This document shows positions 54,001 to 60,291 of a DNA stretch of 60,291 nt, in pieces. The stretch's first letter is position 1, and the number at the start of each line of letters is the position of its first letter. The notes below the pieces were generated by a model. The model did no database searches. It saw nothing but the letters and a program-made list of their open reading frames with translations, and had not been told where the DNA came from. Position numbers and translations under genes: made by a program. This DNA is from Girardia tigrina (Eukaryota). Location: the NCBI GenBank assembly GCA_001938485.1, contig MQRK01248386.1, positions 63,151 to 123,441 on the forward strand. Reading direction: 5' to 3'.

Positions 54001-57000
54001 CAGATGATTCCATTTCCTTGGTATCCCTGTATACATTTGCAACCATCTACTGAACAAATGGCTTTAGAGTGACAAGTGCTACATTTGACACAAGCTCGGA
54101 TTCCATCTCCAAGATGATCCGATGGACACGTACATTTTCCAAGCTTACATTGAGCTAGAGGGTGACAAGCGACGGGGCATGCTATATCATTAAAAAAATT
54201 ATTATTGAAAGTTTCAAGTGAACATTACCTTCAGGTTGACATCCAGTGTTTATCATTTTAAATCCATAAACACAAATGCAAACAAAACTCTTTGCATTTG
54301 GAGTGAGCTGACAAACGGAAAATTTATCTTTACAAGGATTGTCAATACCACATTCAAATGGTGGTTGACAATTAAATCCATCTCCAACAAAACCAGATGA
54401 ACATTGACAAGTACCACTTTCACATTTGGCGTTCTTATGACATTTCGGATTGCAGTCTATATAGAAAATGCTTTAACATATTTACATATATGTTGATCTA
54501 TCAAATATCATTTTAAGTCTGTTAATAAAATAAAATTACAAGGTATTACAAAAGTCTTTTTTTAGTTTCCAGTGCTTTTTGGCGCTGAAATTAAAATTTA
54601 ATTTTCTTTTCAATTCAAGAGTTTACATTATATTTATGAGGAGTTAGTTAAAATTTTAACTTCGACAAATAATTAAAGAATTTTTTAATTTGAAAATCAA
54701 AAAAATTAAATTAATACAAATAGTTTTAAATTTTAAAAAGTTAAAAATGATTTTTTAAAAAATAAACAAAAATTAAATAAGTATATACAACCAAAAAATG
54801 TTTACATAAATAACTATTGAAATATAGGAAAATAATTAATAAAAGTTTAAAATAAAAAATTTTAAATAAATTATAAACGGATTAAAATTTATAATATTTT
54901 TAAGAAATAATTTGTTTAAGAACATGCTTTTTGTAAATGAATAATTTAGTAGTTTTATGATAAAATTTTTAAAAATATATTTTAAAAATAAATTTTTTAA
55001 TTTTAAGTTAAATATTAGAAATTAAATTGAAAGAAATATTGAATAAATGAATTTTGGTGAAGTGATTAAATTAACGAGAAATTTGTTTTTTATATTTGTA
55101 TTATTGTCATAAATAAATTTTTGTGTTGAATATGAATCTTGCTTTGAGAGTCAAAATAGTTGTTACACAGTATTTTGTACCTGTCGATAATTTAGATAAC
55201 TACATCGATGTTCTTACTTATGTTTTACGACGTGAACTAATTTCTTCGCTTTACTGTTTAGCGTCCGATGAGAAGAAGTAAGGACGTAAATGCTCCTCTT
55301 TTTCCTCTTAGGATTTGAAACCAATATAATAAAACCCAATTGTAAATAGTGATAAAATAAATAATTATGCAGACTCAGCACATACGCTGAATTAGATGTT
55401 TGATACAAACTTATATAAGGTGTTCCAAAAGTAATGAAAGTATGTTTGTTTTAATCTATCTCCAGAAATGCATTTTATTTCGTGGAAATACTTTTTACGT
55501 TTTAACACTGACTATTCTCATTTATTTACAGATGAATGAAATCTCGACACGACGCCATCTTGAAGAGAGCATTAAAATGGTACTCCTCTAGGCACAATTC
55601 CAGAATTTTGAAGAGGTACAAAGACAGTGGCATTGTCATTTCATACCTCACCTCCTAAGTTTACGACGATCAAGGTAGGTTTTGAACAATTTCAGCTGAC
55701 TGGAAGCGTTGAAGATCTTCCCAGATCAGGGCGCCTAACTATATCTACAACGGCTGAACGGCTCAAACAATTTTAAAATTTGGTCGCTACAGATCCTTCA
55801 AAGTCTGTGTCGAGTGGGGCATCCGCTCTTAACCTGCCACAAACGAACTAGCATCGACGCGCTCAAGAGCAGATTCTAAACTCTCTCCAGGAAATTATGT
55901 TGGGCGAGTGTCTTGGAACCTTACTTCTTTGATGGTCCAGTCAATGCTAATGCCTATCTACACTTGCTGAATACAACTGTGTGGCCTTATGCGAGATAAA
56001 TGAAGCTAACCTTCCAGCATGACTGTGCTCCTGCCCATTACGTAGCTTCAGTAGGCAGCTGGCTCGACCAAAAGTTTCCTCAGCTGTGGACCAGTAGAGG
56101 TCATCCAATAGAGCAGCCCCCTCGTTCGCCAAACTTAACTGTGTGTGATTACTTCCTCTGGGGCCACCTGAAAGAGCATGTGTACCGCACAAGGCCTGCT
56201 ATCATTGCTGAGGTCCGAGACAAGATCTAGGCCAGCATTAAAGAAATAGCACTGGTAATAGTCAAGTCAGTAAATCTGCAGCGTATGAGCGGTTTGAATA
56301 GTACATCACTTTGGTCGGAAAACAACTGAAAATGTGTGTTGTCAGATACTGCTTTAACTTTGCCATTAACTTTGCATTTTCTTTTATTTTGTCAGATATA
56401 CATACAAAATAATTTCCTCCCCTTACTTTTGGAACACCCTATGTGTAAATTTAATGAATGTTTAAGAATAAGTCAAATGAGTAGAGATTTATATTACGAA
56501 CAAATAGTTGTTGGGCATGACCCAAGACATAAAACGTCCTAAATATATCAGAGCAGAAGAATGAATCATTGGAATATTTACTTGGTTTAGAAATGAATTA
56601 TAAAATTTGAAACCAAACAAAGTGGTTAACTAAATTTCTTTCTGAAGCATTTTAACTTAAAACCTTTTTTTACGTTTTTTTATCAATCATGGTATAATTA
56701 TGATTTCGACCATCATCTCATTGTAATATATTTTAGTATATTTGTATTTTTTATTTAAAAAATTAATTTTTATTGCCGGCTTTAAAGAAACGTCATATAA
56801 AACGACTCAAAATAGAATGTTCGTGATTTTTCTTCAAACTTTTCACATATTCAAGTAACAAAGTTATTTTAAATTGAAACTAAAAATTTAAAATAGATTC
56901 TTTCTTTATGGACCAAATATGTCTTCTACAAAAGTTCAGATTATGTTTATGATGAAATATGGTGCAATGAGATATTGATAGAGTTCGTAGTGATAAAAAA

Positions 57001-59391
57001 GCATATATGAATTGGAAGTTACAACATTTCAGAAAGAAAGATTGTAAGCCACTTTGAATAGGGGGAAAATGGGCATTCTCCCCACAAGACCCCCCCCGGG
57101 GGAGGTCATCCGTTGCCATGGCAACGGTTCCAGTTACCATAGAAACGGTTCCGACCACCCTAGCAACGGTTCCGATCATCCTAGCCTAAGCAGCAACGGT
57201 TTCGATCACCCTAGAAACGGTCCCGATCACCTTAGCAACGGTTCCGGTTCACTTGGTAACGGTAATCAAGGTCTTAGTTACCATAGCAACAGTAACAAAG
57301 GGACATTTTTCATTAGCAACGGATACAGTGATTCAAGGCGGTTTTAACCATGGTTATCGTATCCATAACAACCGTAGAAAAAAGTGCTAATCGATCACTG
57401 CACTGTGCCCAGATGTGCTAATCAATATTTTTAAAGTGCTAATCGAGAGTGCACATTGTGCCGCACATTTTCAATGTGCTAGCACAGTGCTTTTTTAATT
57501 GCACATGTGCAAAAGTGCAAAAATCAATACATAAATTTTTTTAAAAGTACTAGTGTCAAAAATCGATATCATGTGTTTGATGCACATTTTAATTCTCTAT
57601 CTGAATGTGCAATTAGAAATTTCATATATTGATTACTTTTTCCTATAATTAGCATAATGTGCAAATTTACACAAAATGCATATCGATTTTAGAGGTACAA
57701 GAAAGCAGAATTTCAAAAAAGTGCTGATGCATTTGAATAGTAAACCATATACGCACATTTAGATTCCATATCAACATTATCAAAAAAAGTGTTGGAAAAT
57801 TGATTTTTTTGAACATTTCTGAAATTCTCAAAAAAAGTGCTAAAAAATCGATTTTTTCGTATATATCTGAAACCCCTATGATATATGTATGTTATTTGCG
57901 ATCAAACAATACCTCATGAATCGCCTAATGTAGCCCATTAACAATCACAAGTACCTTGGTTACCGTAACTAAGATAAACAACCTTTTATATTATATGTAA
58001 AAACTACATGTATAAAACTCCTATGGTACTTAAAACATGCATCAGCCTAATACATAACATCTACATAATCAGCTAAATACCTGAGCCTAGGCATCAACCA
58101 TCAAAAGTACATTGGTTACCGTAACCATGATACATAACCTTTTAATATTATATATAAAAACAATCGAAAACACCTTAGAAACCATCACCGTTGCCTTAAA
58201 AACCATAAAAAAAACACCTTAAAAATCATCGAAAACATGTAAAAATCACCAAAATAACACAAAAAAGTGCAAAATCAATACTGCACTCGTCTGCACATGT
58301 GATAATCAATACTGTACATGTGCTAACCAATACTGCACATATGCAGTCTGCCTAGGCTTAGTGCAAGTGTAGAAAATCAATAAGTTCACAATTGTGCAAA
58401 GTGCAATATATTCATGTTTTTTTATATAATATAGTGTAATGTGGTGTCGAATGCCCATAGGAGGCTAAATGCGAAGAAAGAAAAAGGATTCTTATCGAAA
58501 AATATTTCACGAAATTGTACATTATTAGTTGTGGCTTCGTCTTAAATAGCGATTTTTATTAATAAAATTATAATAAATATTAATAAATATTATAAAATAA
58601 AATACTCAAAGTGAACTCAGTTGTTGAAAATTTTTGTTTATACAATTATTTTTATTTTAAAAATAAATATAGCCAAACTAACTCAACGTTTCGAAAGTAT
58701 ATATTTCATTATATTAAGAAAGAAAAATAATTAAAGAAGAAGTTATTTATATAATTTACAGTGTATAATTTGTTCAAATAATTTTTTTACCTTTTGGAAG
58801 ACAAAAGTTGTTGATCAGGATATGATGTGGTTTACAAGTACACTGTAAGTTTTTTACCGATGGGTTAAGTAAACACATTTTATTTGGATCTCGACAGTCT
58901 TCATTAATTCGACATTCGTCCAACGGCCGGCAGTTGAATCCGTCTCCAACAAAGTCACTCTTACAAACACATCCTCTATCTGGTAAACATTGCGCATCTT
59001 TGTGACAAACTGAACAACTGGTACAACTCTTTATTCCATCTCCAAAATAACCAGGAAGACAATAACAAGTCTGAGTAATGCACATAGCAAACATGTGGCA
59101 TTTTGGTTGGCATTCTTTAAATGATGTTTAACGAGGACAATTATATTTTCAAGCAATTATAGTAACCTTTTGGCACACATCTTCCATTCTCATCCTGAAA
59201 TCCCGGTAAACAAACACATTTTCGAATATAATCTTTCATCATTTCGCATCTCGAATTGGTCATGGGACATTCGGAATTCTTGGAACATTGGTCACTCGGA
59301 CGACATGCTAAACCATCTCCTGTGAAACCGGTTTTACAAATACATTTGCTTGAAATACAAACTGCATTTGGATCACAAGAAGGTGAACAAC
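16173..59391 (-). CDS. Nidogen-like extracellular matrix protein (>=28 EGF-like repeats, Ig domain, C-terminal YWTD/LDLR-B propeller); 5'-partial, multi-exon
   Basis: Manually spliced GT-AG exons (minus): 59391-59167, 59114-58791, 54456-54229, 54181-53864, 51418-51182, 51139-50816, 50772-50539, 50487-50263, 48567-48334, 48262-48032, 45309-45208, 41488-41210, 41161-40957, 31476-31352, 31308-31180, 31132-31004, 21143-20849, 20802-20458, 16290-16173. Exon lengths and phases are mutually compatible and give about 1,434 codons with no internal stop, ending ...VTVLLDECEKGQ*. The start codon lies beyond the window. Confidence 0.85.
17818..18166 (+). mobile_element. Mariner transposon 3' fragment
   Basis: PHPPYSPDLAPSDFHLFRSLQN..KLPERWKKVIENNGQY. 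The TIR ends ctttttggtcaaccaaa followed by TA. Confidence 0.9.
18167..18610 (+). mobile_element. hAT (Buster/SPIN-like) transposon 3' end
   Basis: MFGTTYLCEQ.FSKMKYIKSKYR..LSDSHLKSL matches the hAT C-terminal dimerisation motif. Terminus agtttggagacccctg. Confidence 0.8.
18871..20429. mobile_element. MULE/Mutator-like relic(s)
   Basis: GGG..cgg.tcataa-type inverted ends with internal aatccc-like repeats. Minus-strand RPSEPKILADIEVALHVQHTLNGESFCIRD (about 19800-19915) and plus-strand RFQNSAVHLTHEHIY resemble MULE transposase segments. Confidence 0.45.
22215..24600 (-). mobile_element. Degenerate Ty3/Gypsy pol (RT, RNase H, integrase) with PPT and 3' LTR
   Basis: FQRFMD..YLDDILIGS (RT); IAFFSQKLKPTETRYSTFDRE and YTDHKPL (RNase H); HLDLIGPFP..TPYNPQANGKVE (integrase). 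PPT aaaggggggg at about 22569-22578, then an LTR starting TGTAATG at 22565. Confidence 0.9.
26004..26062. repeat. 18-bp inverted repeat (possible mini-MITE)
   Basis: tgtaaaagcagcgaattt ... aaattcgctgcttttaca. Confidence 0.75.
26377..27623 (-). mobile_element. Mariner (DD34D) transposon, full length, pseudogenised
   Basis: TIRs ttagggtgaaccaaaagtcttttcgtatttt / aaaatacgaaaagacttttggttccccctaa with TA flanks. Motifs IVTCDEKW, QQDNAKPH, YSPDLTPS. Confidence 0.92.
28574..29430 (+). mobile_element. HINE/DINE-1-like non-autonomous element with long 5' fold-back and a ~157-bp tandem array
   Basis: Inverted arms 28574-28709 / 28785-28921. About 2.5 tandem units (tcatcggaagcaagc at 28981, 29138, 29296). 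(GACA)-type microsatellite, then aagctaataaaaacgtggtaa. Confidence 0.65.
31004..31476 (-). CDS. Two EGF exons plus the start of the G3-like propeller of the nidogen-like gene
   Basis: VCAPKDQCKTNKDCDPNAIC..., GCEVTKDCDVNGKC...GFVGDGKTC, then GPMENLLISQGYYIWKLPSLNRRKRST. The phase-2 acceptor at 31476 supplies the missing sixth Cys of the exon ending at 40957. Confidence 0.85.
31800..31950 (+). mobile_element. Penelope-like element relic (GIY-YIG endonuclease N-terminal motif), interrupted by a LINE; continues after 38480
   Basis: 31904-31948 reads YQYKCDKCESLYIGE, matching the Y..C..C...YIGET motif of Penelope-like elements. Confidence 0.6.
31951..38479 (+). mobile_element. Non-LTR retrotransposon (RT plus C-terminal C2H2 fingers), 5'-truncated and split by a nested copy
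   Basis: Left half has WQFGFRTGRGT and GVRQGCILCPFLFN, ending ...KTKVMNLNGD. The right half resumes (with a frameshift) as TKVLTTGH..IEWVSKFVYL and runs to three C2H2-type fingers. 14-bp TSD tacattggagagat at 31937-31950 and 38480-38493. Confidence 0.85.
33323..37130 (-). mobile_element. Non-LTR retrotransposon (APE endonuclease-RT-3xC2H2), better-preserved copy nested antisense in the same family
   Basis: GVALMI..RPINDRL and LRVENTFYRK (APE); FIDLEKAFDSV, GVRQGCVLGPLLFN and LAYADD (RT); three C2H2 fingers. 12-bp TSD taaacggagata at 33311-33322 and 37131-37142. Confidence 0.9.
38798..39382 (+). mobile_element. Second HINE-like element with 5' fold-back
   Basis: Arms 38798-38889 / 38966-39057 with nearly the same spacer as the 28574 copy. 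After the gap, gacagacag...aagttaagtaaaacgtggtaa. Confidence 0.65.
39892..39932. repeat. (TA)n microsatellite
   Basis: Uninterrupted TA run; a second run lies at about 44997-45051. Confidence 0.9.
40957..41488 (-). CDS. Ig-like domain exon followed by an EGF exon of the nidogen-like gene
   Basis: ELPNIVIMP..AEIIC..LSWRK..LNIQKATVGDSGIYQC has Ig I/C2-set hallmarks (C, W, DxGxYxC). A 48-bp intron (41162-41209) separates it from the EGF exon. Confidence 0.85.
41934..43068. mobile_element. Tc1/mariner-type element or MITE (interior mostly an N gap)
   Basis: Perfect 28-bp TIRs ttagggtgagtcataagttgtggggcac / gtgccccacaacttatgactcaccctaa with TA flanks. Confidence 0.85.
43560..44200 (-). mobile_element. 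Retroelement gag relic with zinc knuckle
   Basis: Minus strand KCFKCDKAGNIKLNC at about 43638-43682; interrupted reading frame. Confidence 0.5.
45208..59391 (-). CDS. EGF-repeat exons (11 phase-1 exons, about 24 EGF-like modules) of the nidogen-like gene
   Basis: Repeated 6-Cys modules such as CSPSCDPNAVCISSKCICKTGFTGDGLAC and CNPKCHKNAKCESGTCQCSSGFVGDGFNC. All 11 exon lengths are multiples of 3, with phase-1 boundaries. Confidence 0.9.
46730..47154 (+). mobile_element. 5'-truncated, older copy of the RT-C2H2 LINE (3' end only)
   Basis: KGMKNHGTAIHDWSFLTG and ggaggcctatcggg match the 3' ends of the nested copies. The 3' UTR gtttgggtt..ctaaag..ccattc..gagatgagagacc is also conserved. Confidence 0.75.
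49011..49239. mobile_element. Penelope-like relic: GIY-YIG motif (+) and a degenerate hammerhead-like motif (-)
   Basis: DIVYQCKFNECNVAYIGET at about 49183-49239. Minus strand ctggagatggcagtaaaacagtcgaaat at 49013-49040. Confidence 0.55.
49240..50100 (+). mobile_element. Ty3/Gypsy integrase 3' fragment with PPT and start of 3' LTR
   Basis: ALDF*GPLP..IIDRFSRY..HIDRGKVF..SSPYHHNANRTIER and YEGPYKI (GPY/F motif). PPT aaagaaggggggg, then TGTTAGG at 49983. Confidence 0.88.
51565..52225 (+). mobile_element. RTE-like LINE 3' fragment interrupted by a solo LTR
   Basis: RKLKLYGHQ | ...LVKVMIEGRVEGER..W resembles the C-terminal motif of RTE-clade ORFs. Confidence 0.55.
51602..52062 (-). mobile_element. 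Solo LTR (family A)
   Basis: Minus strand TGTGAGGAAT...CTCTTAACA. Perfect TSD cagac (51597-51601 / 52063-52067). Carries the ctcctaaccagatgg motif. Confidence 0.88.
52545..52650. repeat. 22-bp minisatellite (about 5 copies)
   Basis: aattatatacccatctattcaa-like units. Confidence 0.75.
53070..53573 (+). mobile_element. piggyBac transposon 3' relic
   Basis: Cys-rich C-terminus GRCKIC..CCRCDFFICKKH..CDNC and a terminus ...gtaGGG|TTAA. Confidence 0.8.
55416..56441 (+). mobile_element. rosa-family (DD41D) Tc1/mariner element, internally deleted
   Basis: TIRs taaggtgttccaaaagtaa / ttacttttggaacacccta. FQHD-(41 aa)-DYFLWGHLK gives 41 residues between the second and third catalytic D. Confidence 0.85.
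57112..57320. repeat. About 21-bp tandem array of ccatagcaacggttcc units, within a probable non-autonomous DNA element (about 56800-58450)
   Basis: About 9 units containing cc(a/c)tagcaacgg variants, starting with the palindrome gttgccatggcaac. Confidence 0.75.
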
Positions 59392-59448
59392 CTAAAGAAA
59401 TACTTTATTAAATAATTTAACAATCAAAAGTCTGTTAAAAAGAAGACA

Positions 59449-60103
59449 TGTAAAATATGTGAGATTTATAATGAATATAATTTAAAAGAAAGTTTAAAAA
59501 ATTGAATTACTAAAAAAACTACAAAATTTGATTGAATATTCAATATATAATTTATAATATATTATATATATATATTCAATATATAATTGTTGTGATTTAT
59601 AAATGTTTGAACGTTTTCAAACAAAATTTATTTCTATGCCGAAAGAAGAAAATATTACTGCCACATACGGTGTCCTTAACATGGCGACCAAGATCTCAAA
59701 AATATTCCTCAACAGAGCTGTGCCTGACAGGTACACGAAAGATGAGGATATGGAATACAAATGGTTCGTCGAGCTGATTAACACCAGAGATAGGATGAAA
59801 CCTATGTTCCTACACTATGATTCTATAAAAGTATAAAAAGAAGTTGAAAACAAAACCGAGAATTTTGACGGCTGACTGCAGAAATTGTTGTTAAGAAACC
59901 TTCAATATTCGAAGATTTATCAATTGGGATCCGAATCTTTAGAAGATTTTTTCATGACAATTAAACAGTTTCTGATAAGGTTTTCATTATACTGCCAGAA
60001 CAATGAGGACATCTTTAATGAATTGGAAATATTCGATAAAAAGGACACTGAAGATATAAAAGAAAAAATGAAAAAGAACAAAACAATACAAATAAATATA
60101 TAA
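59449..60103 (+). mobile_element. Ty3/Gypsy 5' LTR, PBS and degenerate gag start
   Basis: LTR end ggtgtccttaaca followed by tggcgaccaagat (PBS-like). The ORF ..YGVLN|MATKISK reads through the junction; further gag-like ORF at 59885-60103. Confidence 0.65.
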
Positions 60104-60291
60104 ATATTTATCGATTTAAGCAGGGAGTTTCATTTTATTAGAAACAGTAATCCAATGTAGTTGTACCTGCACATTAATTCATAAAATATAAAGTGATGTT
60201 ATATTTAGCTCTCCTTGAATTATTAATTTTAATTTTTTGAATAATTCAGTTTTTTCATTATGTATTCTACATTTTGTTTACTTTAGACATG

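Noticed and set aside
57054-57347. Repetitive 97-aa ORF (SNGSDHP)n
   Set aside because: It is a by-product of the 21-bp tandem repeat; the opposite strand is also open and there is no splice or domain support.

Overview
This is very AT-rich (roughly 70-75% by eye) metazoan draft-assembly DNA with N gaps. It may be a flatworm or planarian, a tentative inference from a captured eEF2 fragment and 42-71 bp mini-introns. One large host gene runs on the minus strand from beyond the right edge to 16173. I could splice 19 phase-compatible exons (about 1,430 visible codons) encoding about 24 EGF-like repeats, an Ig domain, about 4 more EGF repeats and a nidogen-G3-like YWTD beta-propeller with an RRKR furin-type site. 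Its large introns and the 16 kb downstream of it are packed with transposon relics: Ty3/Gypsy internals and many solo LTRs, mariner (DD34D) and rosa (DD41D) elements, hAT, piggyBac, MULE, HINE-like elements, Penelope GIY-YIG relics and an APE-RT-3xC2H2 LINE family. Highlights: (1) the solo LTRs carry a short, mostly Cys-containing ORF that stays in frame with the gag ATG at the LTR/PBS junction; (2) a LINE-in-LINE-in-Penelope nest has readable TSDs, and both GIY-YIG relics are broken at the same YIGE(T) site; (3) the LINE has a conserved structured 3' end with no tail; (4) two fold-back HINE-like elements mirror copy-specific changes in both arms; (5) an open chimeric ORF carries an eEF2 G-domain fragment.
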